Source: Chloroflexota bacterium (GTDB lineage Bacteria > Chloroflexota > Anaerolineae > Anaerolineales > Anaerolineaceae). From it: DNA of 64,000 nt. Positions 1 to 9,071 of this stretch are shown here, piece by piece. Where the stretch lies: positions 194,328-258,327 of the forward strand of contig SLTK01000009.1 of NCBI GenBank assembly GCA_004347695.1, read 5' to 3'. Positions within the stretch are counted from its first letter, which is position 1; the number at the start of each line of letters is the position of its first letter. The position numbers and the translations under genes are program-made. Under the pieces are notes generated by a model, which did not search any database, was not told the DNA's origin, and saw only the letters and a list, made by a program, of their open reading frames with translations.

Positions 1-177
1 ATGTTCGGATTCCCAGGGTTGGCGGAGCTGGCGGGAATCGCTCGGGATGCAAGGGGGAAAACCGGAATGGTTGGATGGATTTCAAGGGAGGCACCCCAAT
101 GATAATAAAGAACGCGGCTGGCGCAAAAAATTTTCCAATCCTGGTGACAAAAATGGGAAATTAGTTGGAAAATTAGT

Positions 178-206
178 TTGACACTGGCCCAAAATATCGC
201 TATCAT
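178..206 (+). promoter_or_regulatory. sigma-70-type promoter
   Basis: TTGACA (178-183), 17-nt spacer, TATCAT (201-206). Confidence 0.7.
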
Positions 207-234
207 TCGATGCGTCTGTTTGCCAGGCGTTAAG

Positions 235-267
235 AAGCGGGTGTTATTCGTTTAACCTCGCTTTTTT
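235..267 (+). terminator. intrinsic-terminator-like hairpin in the leader of the aminotransferase gene
   Basis: AAGCGGGTGTTA / TAACCTCGCTT imperfect stem followed by a T run, about 20 nt after the predicted start site. Confidence 0.5.
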
Positions 268-453
268 CCTTGCCCCAGGTCAGCATCAGCAGCGTTCGCA
301 TAAGCTGACAAACTTCTCTTCTTCGGGCAGCACAAGAATATCATTTCAGGGAGGCACAATTTATCGATCAGGACAGATTGTTAAAAAATGATACAGCGAT
401 TTTGATGGACTCTCTTATCTTCTGGCTAAAGATTTGAATATAAAAGGTGCAAT

Positions 454-1611
454 GTGGATCACATTTTGAAATGTCATGAAATCATTCGGAATAACTTTGT
501 GCGCGGCGAAAACTGCTATCTCTATGATGATCTAGGCGGGAGGTATATCGACTTCGAATCCGGTATCTGGTGCACAGCGCTTGGGCACAATCATCCCCGT
601 ATTACTCGGGTGATCGAAAATCAGGTCCACGACATCATGCATCTTGGCACACGCTATCCGAATCAAAAAGTTGATGAAGCTGCTGTAGAAGTGCTTGATA
701 TTGTTGGATTGGAAGGAAAATGCGTTTTCTTGAGTTCAGGATCGGAAGCGGTTGAATTTGGAGCGCAGATAATTAGGCGAGTTACGAAAAAAAAATGGCT
801 TCTCACATTATCGAATTCTTATCTAGCTGCATACGGTTCGGCCGGAAGCAAAAACCCTGAAGAATGGTACCAGTTTGATTGGAGCACACAGGAAAATTCA
901 GCGTCCACGCGCAAACTCGATGAAATTCCATTCGACCAGATTGGAGGTTTCGTGTTTGAACCGGGTGGAAGTGGTTCTGCGTTTGTAAAATTTCCGCCGA
1001 AGTCACTGGTGCAAAATATTGTCAATCGAATCCAGCAATCCGGGGGGTTGGTGGCAGTCAATGAAGTCACTACTGGTATGGGTAGAACAGGCAAGTGGTT
1101 TGGCTTTCAATATTATGATATCCAACCTGATATTGTTTCAATAGGTAAAGGCTTGGGCAATGGTTACCCGGTAAGCGCCATTGCGATCAAAAGTGAGATT
1201 GCAGAAAGATTTGAGAAGAATGATTTCCATTACGCTCAGTCACACCAAAACGATCCCCTGGGTTGCGCAGTTGCAAAAGAAGTAATCAAAATCATGCGTG
1301 AAGAAAGTCTGATTGAGAGAGGAGCAGAGGTTGGTCGGTTCTTTTTAGAAAGTTTAATAAAAATGACCTCCCAATATCCCATTGTAAAAGAGGCGCGCGG
1401 AAGGGGAATGTTACTCGCAGTTGAGTTCCAACCACATGAAAATTTTTCGGCGGTAACTGCGTTCCGGGAATTATATAAGAATAGATTCCTGGTAGGTTAT
1501 TATCCTTCGGGGAACATCCTGCGCTTTGATCCCGCTTTGACAATGGAGAAGGAAAATATTCAACAGCTGGTAGATTGCCTGGAGGATATCTTAAAAACTG
1601 TGACTTGCTGA
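454..1611 (+). CDS. class III PLP-dependent aminotransferase family protein (divergent)
   Basis: Motifs LGHNHP, SGSEAVE, EVTTGMGRTG and the PLP-lysine motif SIGKGLGNG; 385 aa. Confidence 0.85.
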   Translation: MDHILKCHEIIRNNFVRGENCYLYDDLGGRYIDFESGIWCTALGHNHPRITRVIENQVHDIMHLGTRYPNQKVDEAAVEVLDIVGLEGKCVFLSSGSEAVEFGAQIIRRVTKKKWLLTLSNSYLAAYGSAGSKNPEEWYQFDWSTQENSASTRKLDEIPFDQIGGFVFEPGGSGSAFVKFPPKSLVQNIVNRIQQSGGLVAVNEVTTGMGRTGKWFGFQYYDIQPDIVSIGKGLGNGYPVSAIAIKSEIAERFEKNDFHYAQSHQNDPLGCAVAKEVIKIMREESLIERGAEVGRFFLESLIKMTSQYPIVKEARGRGMLLAVEFQPHENFSAVTAFRELYKNRFLVGYYPSGNILRFDPALTMEKENIQQLVDCLEDILKTVTC

Positions 1612-1646
1612 TCAGGTGAAAAAGTTATTCCAATCCGGTGATTGGC

Positions 1647-1675
1647 TTGACATAAGTGAGGCACCCTCTTATAAT
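1647..1675 (+). promoter_or_regulatory. consensus sigma-70 promoter of rpmF
   Basis: TTGACA (1647-1652), 17 nt, TATAAT (1670-1675). Confidence 0.85.
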
Positions 1676-1723
1676 TTGACGGCTTTTCTAAAGAATGAAA
1701 TGAAAGTGACAGGAGTTTGAAAT

Positions 1724-1921
1724 ATGGTTCCACATCCAAAACGGAAACATTCGAAGGGTCGCCGCGATCGCCGGCGCTCACAGGACGCGCTGACCGCCAC
1801 CAATCTGGTTCAATGCAGCAATTGCGGCGAAATGCGGCTTTCCCATACTGTTTGCCCTAAATGCGGCTACTATCAGGGCCGTGAAATTGTGGCAATGGGC
1901 ACTGAAGAAAAGAAGTCATAA
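1724..1921 (+). CDS. rpmF: 50S ribosomal protein L32 (Zn-ribbon form)
   Basis: MVPHPKRKHSKGRRDRRRS...CSNC...HTVCPKCGYY. Confidence 0.97.
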   Translation: MVPHPKRKHSKGRRDRRRSQDALTATNLVQCSNCGEMRLSHTVCPKCGYYQGREIVAMGTEEKKS

Positions 1922-1942
1922 TTTTTTGATATTTATCAAAAA

Positions 1943-1980
1943 ACATGAAAACCCCCGAATGATTTCGGGGGTTTTCATGT
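1943..1980. terminator. bidirectional terminator between convergent rpmF and hflX
   Basis: Perfect 17-bp inverted repeat ACATGAAAACCCCCGAA / TTCGGGGGTTTTCATGT. Confidence 0.8.
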
Positions 1981-2029
1981 TGCTGTTCTACTCACAGTTT
2001 GCGATCACATGGGTGTTGTGGTCCAGAGT

Positions 2030-3376
2030 CTATTTCGCCCCCTGATCCAATTCGACAGGCGGTTTCATGTAATTTCTAAAATGAAAGAGCATGCGGGTTG
2101 GCAGCATCCCTTTGATGGTGATGTAGGTCTCTACCGGTTTCGTCGATTCTACTTTGCCTTGCTCATGAAACAAGGAAATCAACTGACCGTCCCGGTAGGG
2201 GATATGCACAGTGACCTGGGTGTAGTTTTCGAAAAGCTGACCCTCGATCAACCGCAGCAAATCTTCGGCACCCTGGCCGGTGAGCGCGGATATGGGTATG
2301 GTGGGCGTGCGTTGTGATAGCGATGCGCTGATCATTTCCGGGCTTGCCAGCAGGTCGATTTTGTTGAGAGCAGTCACCATTGGAATTTCCTGCGCGCCGA
2401 TATCGACGAGGGTTTCCTGCACAGACTGCCATTGTTCCAGCGCGTTCGGGTGGGTGACATCCAGCACGTGCAACAGCAAATCTGCTTCGTTGATTTCTTC
2501 GAGCGTAGCGCGGAAGGCAGCCACCAGCATCGTCGGCAGCTTTTGAATGAAGCCAACGGTGTCCGTGAACAGCGCGGTGTGTCCGGCTGGCAATTCTACG
2601 CGGCGAGTGGTCGGATCGAGGGTGGCAAACAACTGGTTAGCCACATAGACATCCGAGCGAGCCAGTTTGTTGAGCAGCGTGGATTTTCCGGCATTGGTAT
2701 AGCCCACCAGGGCGACAGTCGGTACATTGGATCGCCGCCGTTGCTCGCGGTAGCGGTGCCGGTGAGCGCGTACTTTTTCCAGTTCTCCCTTCAGGTGGGT
2801 AATCCGTTTGTGTATCTCCCGGCGGTCCACCTCCAGTTGGGTCTCACCCGGGCCGCGCAGACCAACTCCACCGGTAGACCCGGTGCGGCCACCGCCGCCG
2901 CCTGCCTGGCGCGCCAGGTGGGTCCAGGCGCGCGTCAGACGCGGCAACCGATATTCGTAGTATGCCAGTTCGACCTGCAGAATCCCTTCCCGCGTATCCG
3001 CATGTTGGGCAAAAATGTCAAGAATCAGCGCGGTACGGTCAAGGATGCGTACCTGGTCGCCGAATTTTTCTTCCAATTCCCGCTGGTGACGCGGCGAAAG
3101 CTCGGAATCGAAGATCACCAGATCTGCCAGGGTTTCTTCGACCAGGATTTTTAATTCTTCCACCTTTCCCGAGCCAATATAGGTCTCCGGGTTAGGTTTA
3201 TCGAGCTTCTGAGAGGTTTCGCCGACGATCTCAAGGTCAGCGGTTTCCGCCAGAAGCGCCAGTTCTGCCAGTGAGTCATCCAGCGGCAGGAGGGCAGGTT
3301 CTCCGCGCAATTCCACGCCTACCAGAAAGGCGCGCTCGCGCGGCGGGGTGGTTGGTTCAGTTGATTTCTTAGCCAT
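2030..3376 (-). CDS. hflX: ribosome-splitting GTPase HflX
   Basis: LDIFAQHA, GPGETQLE, GYTNAGKS, FATLDPT, DTVGF, NKID motifs. Confidence 0.97.
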   Translation of the reverse strand: MAKKSTEPTTPPRERAFLVGVELRGEPALLPLDDSLAELALLAETADLEIVGETSQKLDKPNPETYIGSGKVEELKILVEETLADLVIFDSELSPRHQRELEEKFGDQVRILDRTALILDIFAQHADTREGILQVELAYYEYRLPRLTRAWTHLARQAGGGGGRTGSTGGVGLRGPGETQLEVDRREIHKRITHLKGELEKVRAHRHRYREQRRRSNVPTVALVGYTNAGKSTLLNKLARSDVYVANQLFATLDPTTRRVELPAGHTALFTDTVGFIQKLPTMLVAAFRATLEEINEADLLLHVLDVTHPNALEQWQSVQETLVDIGAQEIPMVTALNKIDLLASPEMISASLSQRTPTIPISALTGQGAEDLLRLIEGQLFENYTQVTVHIPYRDGQLISLFHEQGKVESTKPVETYITIKGMLPTRMLFHFRNYMKPPVELDQGAK

Positions 3377-3465
3377 GGTGTTCGAATTCCCGTGTAAAGA
3401 TACTTGCTATTTGTAATGAGTTGGTCCCCAGCATTTGAGGGGACTGCCAGCGAATTCTGTTGTAG

Positions 3466-4356
3466 TTACCGGGTGGTGATCCACTGGTAGAGCGTATCGC
3501 CGACAATATTCAGGCTTTCAGCGGAGACCTTATCGAGTGTGTCCTGGGTTGTGTGCCAGTACGGGTAGTCAAAATCGATCAAATCTACCGCACGAATGCC
3601 GCGCCGCAGAAAAGGGGTATGGTCATCGAGCATCGCGAATTTATATTCGGGGATGAAGGATTTCGTATAGCCGAGTTCTGCGGCCGTATTCCAGATTTCA
3701 CGGGTTAAATCACCATCGGAATTACGCTCCATGTAAATATTCAGATCGGCATCACCGATCATATCAACAATGATAACCGCTTCGGGCAGTTTTGTCTCGG
3801 GCAGGCTTTCTGCCAGCGCAGAGGAACCCAGGATCCAATCCCAGCCGGGCAAATCACCCTGGTCTTCCACATCGAAAAAAACCAGCCATATCTCCTGGTC
3901 CAGGTTTGCGGGGAGACTGCGACCGAGTTCAAGCAATATTGCCGCGCCGGACGCGCCGTCGTTGGCGGCCGGCACGGGCGTTGCACGGTTGGCGGGTTCA
4001 GGATCCTGATCGGCCGCAAAGCGTGAATCAAAATGAGCCCCCAGGAGCAGCCAGCGGCCTTGGCCGCGTCTGGCAATCACGTTCTTTACCGGATGACCGC
4101 CGTAATTCGTCTCCTGCAGCGCAACATCCCAGCCAGTTTTCTTCAGCTCAGCAGTAAAGTACTCGATCGCCGCCTGATGGGCAGGGCCGCCCGGCGTGCG
4201 TGGGCCCAAATCGACCTGGGCTTTTACATCCAGGTAAGCCCGTTCTCCGTTAAAGCCTGCGGAGGCGGCTGGCCGGCTTGTCGTCCACCAGATGAAACCG
4301 GTGGCCAGCATACCTACGATTGCGACTGCGAGAAGGATACGTAAAGAACGCTTCAT
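3466..4356 (-). CDS. M28 family metallopeptidase / glutaminyl-cyclase-like, N-terminal membrane anchor
   Basis: GAHFDSR, ANDGASG, DVED, DMIGD, DDHTPF, YWHT motifs; hydrophobic N-terminus. Confidence 0.88.
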   Translation of the reverse strand: MKRSLRILLAVAIVGMLATGFIWWTTSRPAASAGFNGERAYLDVKAQVDLGPRTPGGPAHQAAIEYFTAELKKTGWDVALQETNYGGHPVKNVIARRGQGRWLLLGAHFDSRFAADQDPEPANRATPVPAANDGASGAAILLELGRSLPANLDQEIWLVFFDVEDQGDLPGWDWILGSSALAESLPETKLPEAVIIVDMIGDADLNIYMERNSDGDLTREIWNTAAELGYTKSFIPEYKFAMLDDHTPFLRRGIRAVDLIDFDYPYWHTTQDTLDKVSAESLNIVGDTLYQWITTR

Positions 4357-4405
4357 GGGTTACCTTTTTGGTCAAAATTCTACCACGAAGATTGCTGGAT
4401 TGACC

Positions 4406-4421
4406 TGGCACATAACTTGCA
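4406..4421 (+). promoter_or_regulatory. sigma-54 (-24/-12) promoter upstream of rpoN
   Basis: TGGCACA-TAAC-TTGCA matches consensus TGGCACR-N4-TTGCW, 48 nt before the rpoN ATG. Confidence 0.8.
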
Positions 4422-4445
4422 TCTTATTTGGTAATCTTGTATACT
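4417..4445 (+). promoter_or_regulatory. sigma-70-type promoter overlapping the sigma-54 site of rpoN
   Basis: TTGCAT (4417-4422), 17 nt, TATACT (4440-4445). Confidence 0.55.
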
Positions 4446-4469
4446 CCAACCTGAAAATAGGGAAATGCC

Positions 4470-5873
4470 ATGTTTCAACTCCAGCACCCCCAAATCCGAC
4501 CGGTAACCACTGCTCATCTGGCGCAGACGATGACCCTGCTCAACCAGACGGTGGACGAGCTTTACGAACAAATTCAGAAGGAACTGGCCAATCCGGCATT
4601 GGAGTTGGTGGAGGAGCACCGCTGTCCGACGTGCCACCGGCTGATGCCCGGCGGTGGAATGTGCCCGGTATGCAGCCGGCCGAGTTCACAGGCAGGCGAC
4701 GAACCGGTTGTGTTCGTCTCTCCGCGCGAGGATTTTTACCCATCCAGTGCCGGCAGTGCAGAAAATATTCCCGACGAGCCGCTTTCTCCGGCTGTCGAAG
4801 ACCTGCCGACCTACGTCCTGCGGCAAATCGTGTCGGACCTGGAAGTGAATGACCGCAAAATCGCGGCTTACCTGTTAACCCACCTGGATGAAGACGGCTT
4901 CCTGACCGTCCCGCTGAACGATGTGGCGCGCTATTTCCACATTCTCCCGTCTCAGGTTGAACAAATTAAAAAAATAATTCAAAGAGCTGACCCGTTGGGC
5001 GTTGGTTCTTACACGCCGCAGGAAGCACTTCTGGTGCAACTGGATGTGCTGAGTGAAACACGCTATGTACCGGCGCTGTCGGGAGCCATTGTCCGTGAAG
5101 GTATGGACCTGCTCAGCCGCCATCAGTATCCCGAGCTGGCGCGAATGTTGAAAACCACAACAGCACAAATTCAAGAGGCGGTTAAGTTCATCAGTGAAAA
5201 CCTGAATCCGTTCCCAGGACGGGCGCATTGGGGTGATGTCCGGCAGCCTTCTTCCGGCGGCGGACAAACCTACTACTACCCCGATATCATCATCAGTTAT
5301 TTGAATGACATTCCCGATAACCCGCTGGTGGTCGAAATCATTATGCCGCTTCGCGGTACGCTGCGCATCAACCAGCTTTTCCGCCAGGCAACCCGCCAGG
5401 CAAGTGAAGATGCCAAGGAAGGCATGAAGTCCGAGTTGGATCGGGCAGCGTTGTTCGTCAAATGCCTTCAGCAACGAAACCATACCATGCAGCGCATGAT
5501 GCATAACGTGGTTGTTTTGCAGCGTGACTATGTGATGCACGGTGATCGATATATCAAACCGCTCACCCGGGCGCAAATATCCGTAGAGTTGGATGTACAT
5601 GAGAGCACAATTTCCCGCGCAGTTTCCAATAAAACAGTACAATTACCCAATAAGCGCATCATTCCTTTGGCCTCCTTCTTTGACCGGAGTTTGAATGTGC
5701 GAACTGCGCTGCGCGAACTGATTGAAGTCGAACGCAATCCATTAAGCGATTCTCAATTGGTGGTCATGTTATCCAAGCAAGGGTATGATGTTGCTCGCCG
5801 CACAGTTGCCAAGTACCGGGCCATGGAAGGAATTTTACCGGCGCACCTGCGCCGAGTCTCATTACCCGGTTAA
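4470..5873 (+). CDS. rpoN: RNA polymerase sigma-54 factor
   Basis: Gln/Leu-rich region I, NPALE, LDEDGFL, HESTISRAV and the RpoN box ARRTVAKYR. Confidence 0.96.
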   Translation: MFQLQHPQIRPVTTAHLAQTMTLLNQTVDELYEQIQKELANPALELVEEHRCPTCHRLMPGGGMCPVCSRPSSQAGDEPVVFVSPREDFYPSSAGSAENIPDEPLSPAVEDLPTYVLRQIVSDLEVNDRKIAAYLLTHLDEDGFLTVPLNDVARYFHILPSQVEQIKKIIQRADPLGVGSYTPQEALLVQLDVLSETRYVPALSGAIVREGMDLLSRHQYPELARMLKTTTAQIQEAVKFISENLNPFPGRAHWGDVRQPSSGGGQTYYYPDIIISYLNDIPDNPLVVEIIMPLRGTLRINQLFRQATRQASEDAKEGMKSELDRAALFVKCLQQRNHTMQRMMHNVVVLQRDYVMHGDRYIKPLTRAQISVELDVHESTISRAVSNKTVQLPNKRIIPLASFFDRSLNVRTALRELIEVERNPLSDSQLVVMLSKQGYDVARRTVAKYRAMEGILPAHLRRVSLPG

Positions 5874-5881
5874 ACCCATTC

Positions 5882-7834
5882 ATGAAAGAAAAAACTCCTT
5901 CTCCGTTCCAGGCCTTATGGGGCAAACCATCACAAAAAATTGACCCGGGGCGCCTGGCACGGATGCTATTGGATTTGGTGACGGAACCTGCGCTGCTTTA
6001 CGATGCGGCTCAGGGACGATTTTTACACGCAAACAGTCCTTTCCTGGTGTTGACCGCTTACTCCGCGGCTGAAGTAACCAACACTCCGGATGTCGTAATT
6101 TTTGAAGATTTTGATCCTACAGCTCTGGATACCGGAGAAGCCATTCAACTGTCGCTCAAATTACGTAATCGGCCGACCCTGCCGGTCGTCGTGCGGTTTA
6201 CCCAGGTAGAAGCGGCAAGTCAATGGTATGTGCTCCGTATAACCCCTTTGGTGGAACATCAGACCAACACCCGGGAGTGGCAGGAAAAGATCATTCATGT
6301 CCTGAAAACCTTGCCTGGGATTATCCGTGACCAGGACCTCGATCAGGCTTTGAACCAGATGATCGCCATTCCGGGCGAGTTGTTCGATATCAATCTGGTC
6401 TGCATTTATCAAGCGCAAAATGACGCCCCCGAGATGCGTAAGGTAAAAAGCGAGGAGCGGATTTCCTTTTTCCCTGAGACTCTGCCAGCCAGCGACCTGG
6501 TGCGCCTGGCAGGTTCCAACATCTGGGTGCCTGGTAAACGAGTGGTCACCGAACTGCACCGCTCTGCACGGGTTAGTGGATTGTTCTATGTGGCATCTGT
6601 GGCTTTGGGTGACCCCAAAGCATCCATCGGTTTGCTGGTCGTTGGCGGGATCGATTCTCAGCCCCCCCCGCTGCTTGTTGCGGTGATGGAATTGCTTGGG
6701 TCATATATCAATATGGCCTACGAGAATTCTATCCGCAGTGAAAATTTATCCAAAGAGATCCATGAGAGCTCACGCAAGACTACTGCCCGTGAGGTCATGT
6801 ATGAATACGTCCAGGATGGCATTCTGGTGCTGAATCCTGACCTGTCCATTGCTGCGATTAACCCGGCCGCGGAGTTGATCCTGGGGTATACCGACCATGA
6901 GATTACCGGGCAGCCGGTAGAAAACGTCCTCATCAGCCCGGATCGGATCACAGCGGTCCTGGCGAGCGCGGCGGAAGGAATTTCGACGCCAAATCTGGAA
7001 AGCATTACTTTGCACCATCGCGATGGGCAGACCTTCCCGGCGGATGTAAAGGTACTCTCCTACGAATCCGATGGTCGCGTTGCCGGAGTCGTGGTGATTT
7101 TCCGCGACATCAGCGAACATGAACAAATTCGCACCCAGACCCGTCAATTGGAGCAGCGGGCGCTTCTTGGTGAATTCATGGGTGTTTTCGCGCACGAGGT
7201 GCTGAACCCGATCAACAGTATTTCCACCGGAGTACAGGTTTTGGCGCGCCGTCTGGGTTCAGATCACCCTTCCATTGACCTCATTAACCGCATGGAAAAT
7301 GATTGTCAGCGCCTGCATCATCAAATGGAAGTGCTAAAAAGTTATGCCAAGCCATACGAGCCCTTCCAGGAACCGGTTGAAATGGGCAGTCTGATCATGC
7401 GGGTAATCGAACGCTGGCGTCCCCGCATGTCGCGGGTGAATGTGACACCGGTATACCAGGTACCAGAAGGGCTGCCGAAAGTGATGGGAGATTGGCGGGC
7501 TCTGGAGCAGGTGTTTACCAACCTGGTCAGCAACGCCACCGACGCGATGAGCCAAAATGGCGGTATACTATCCGTAAAACTGGATGTGACCACAGACGGT
7601 GCCAATCGAAAGCAAGTGGAAATTGCAGTTTCTGACAATGGTCCCGGCATTCCCGATGAAATTCGGGGGAGAATTTTTGAGCCGTTTGTCACCACTAAAT
7701 CGACCGGTACCGGCCTGGGATTGGCGATTACCAAACGAATTGTTACCGCTCACCGCGGGGTTATTACGGTCAACACCTTCCCCGGCGGCACTGTTTTCAC
7801 TGTAACCTTACCCACCATTGAGGACCAAGCCTGA
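5882..7834 (+). CDS. cytoplasmic PAS/GAF sensor histidine kinase
   Basis: H box FAHEVLNP, N box QVFTNLVSNA, DNGPGI, GTGLGL; PAS motif DGILVL...INPAAELILGY; no obvious TM segment. Confidence 0.92.
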   Translation: MKEKTPSPFQALWGKPSQKIDPGRLARMLLDLVTEPALLYDAAQGRFLHANSPFLVLTAYSAAEVTNTPDVVIFEDFDPTALDTGEAIQLSLKLRNRPTLPVVVRFTQVEAASQWYVLRITPLVEHQTNTREWQEKIIHVLKTLPGIIRDQDLDQALNQMIAIPGELFDINLVCIYQAQNDAPEMRKVKSEERISFFPETLPASDLVRLAGSNIWVPGKRVVTELHRSARVSGLFYVASVALGDPKASIGLLVVGGIDSQPPPLLVAVMELLGSYINMAYENSIRSENLSKEIHESSRKTTAREVMYEYVQDGILVLNPDLSIAAINPAAELILGYTDHEITGQPVENVLISPDRITAVLASAAEGISTPNLESITLHHRDGQTFPADVKVLSYESDGRVAGVVVIFRDISEHEQIRTQTRQLEQRALLGEFMGVFAHEVLNPINSISTGVQVLARRLGSDHPSIDLINRMENDCQRLHHQMEVLKSYAKPYEPFQEPVEMGSLIMRVIERWRPRMSRVNVTPVYQVPEGLPKVMGDWRALEQVFTNLVSNATDAMSQNGGILSVKLDVTTDGANRKQVEIAVSDNGPGIPDEIRGRIFEPFVTTKSTGTGLGLAITKRIVTAHRGVITVNTFPGGTVFTVTLPTIEDQA

Positions 7835-9015
7835 TGTCTATCACCGTTTTGATCGTCGATGACGAAGACAATGCCCGCGCAAACATATCCGAATATTTGA
7901 CTCCCCTCAATTACGAAGTGCTGGGCGCCGCCACCCTGGCGGAGGCGCGCAAGTTCCTGCAGCGGGGAGATGGCGATGTGGTCGTACTCGATGTTTCGTT
8001 GCCGGATGGCTACGGCCCCAGCCTGCTTTATGAGACAGCCAATATGCCGACGCGCCCGCCGATTATTATCATCACTGCCCACGGTGATATCGAGATGGCG
8101 GTCGATGCCATGAAAAATGGGGCGCATGACTTCCTTTCCAAGCCGTTCAAGTTGGACCAACTGGAAACTTCCATCCAGCGCGCCTTCGAAACCGTCCGGA
8201 TGCGGCGCGAGCTGGCGCATTTTCGCGAAGTGCAGAAAAACAGTCTCGACTTTGTCCAGGGGCAGAACCCCGAGTTCAAGCGGATGCTGGAATTCGCCCA
8301 GCGCGCCGGTCAGATGCAAGTTTCGGTTCTGATCACGGGTGAAACTGGTGTCGGAAAAGACGTGCTTGCGCAATATATCCATGCCAGCGGCCCGCGGGCA
8401 AACAAGCCCTACATCGCCATCAATTGTGCTGCCATTCAGAGCACCGTGCTTGAATCGGAATTATTTGGCTATGAAGCCGGAGCTTTTACCAGCGCCGAGA
8501 AACGCAAACATGGTTTGATGGAAGTGGCGGATGGCGGTGTGCTCTTTTTGGATGAAATTTCATCCATGCCGCTGGACATGCAGGCAAAACTGCTGCGCGC
8601 GATCGAGGAAAGCGCATTCCGTCGGGTTGGCGGCACCACCCTGATCAAAGTCGATGTCCAACTGCTGGCAGCCAGCAATCGCAACCTGAAAGACATGATC
8701 GCTGCCGAGGAATTCCGTTCCGATCTCTATTATCGTTTGAAGGTGGTGGATATGCATCTTCCGCCGCTGCGCGAGCGGAAAGATGATATCCCCGAACTGG
8801 TCGGATTCTTCCTGCGCCGGCGCAATGTCGCAATGGGGCAGAATGTGGAAAATATTACCCCGCGCGCTATGGAAGCCCTGATGAAATACAACTGGCCAGG
8901 TAATATTCGCGAGTTAAGCCATGCGATTGAACATGCCATCCTGTTCAGCGACGGTCAAACCATCGATCTACCCGATTTACCATCTGACATCGCTCATAAA
9001 AATCAGTCAGAATAA
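7834..9015 (+). CDS. sigma-54-dependent response regulator (REC + AAA+), lacking a C-terminal HTH
   Basis: REC motifs DD, LDVSLPD, SKP; Walker A GETGVGKD; GAFTSA; Walker B LFLDEI; FRSDLYYRL; WPGNIREL; stop about 32 aa after that last motif. Confidence 0.93.
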   Translation: MSITVLIVDDEDNARANISEYLTPLNYEVLGAATLAEARKFLQRGDGDVVVLDVSLPDGYGPSLLYETANMPTRPPIIIITAHGDIEMAVDAMKNGAHDFLSKPFKLDQLETSIQRAFETVRMRRELAHFREVQKNSLDFVQGQNPEFKRMLEFAQRAGQMQVSVLITGETGVGKDVLAQYIHASGPRANKPYIAINCAAIQSTVLESELFGYEAGAFTSAEKRKHGLMEVADGGVLFLDEISSMPLDMQAKLLRAIEESAFRRVGGTTLIKVDVQLLAASNRNLKDMIAAEEFRSDLYYRLKVVDMHLPPLRERKDDIPELVGFFLRRRNVAMGQNVENITPRAMEALMKYNWPGNIRELSHAIEHAILFSDGQTIDLPDLPSDIAHKNQSE

Positions 9016-9021
9016 ATAATC

Positions 9022-9037
9022 TGGCACGTTACTTGCA
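9022..9037 (+). promoter_or_regulatory. sigma-54 (-24/-12) promoter of the TM-TPR-protease operon
   Basis: TGGCACG-TTAC-TTGCA, exact consensus; RBS GGAGG at 9061-9065 and ATG at 9072 follow. Confidence 0.88.
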
Positions 9038-9071
9038 TCATTCCCATCTGACAGAGTATAGGAGGATGGGA

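Noticed and set aside
250-390. Integron attC site around the low-GC aminotransferase
   Set aside because: GTTTAAC at 250 has no complementary GTTRRRY partner or L boxes, there is no site after the gene, and no integrase is present.
1600-1640. Second selenoprotein read-through at the aminotransferase C-TGA stop
   Set aside because: Another stop follows within 10 codons, the domain is already complete, and there is no SECIS-like hairpin.
4875-5642. Long antisense ORFs in the track (for example 4875-5642, 2432-3154, 26902-27954)
   Set aside because: They are shadows of well-supported genes on the opposite strand in GC-rich DNA, with no motifs.
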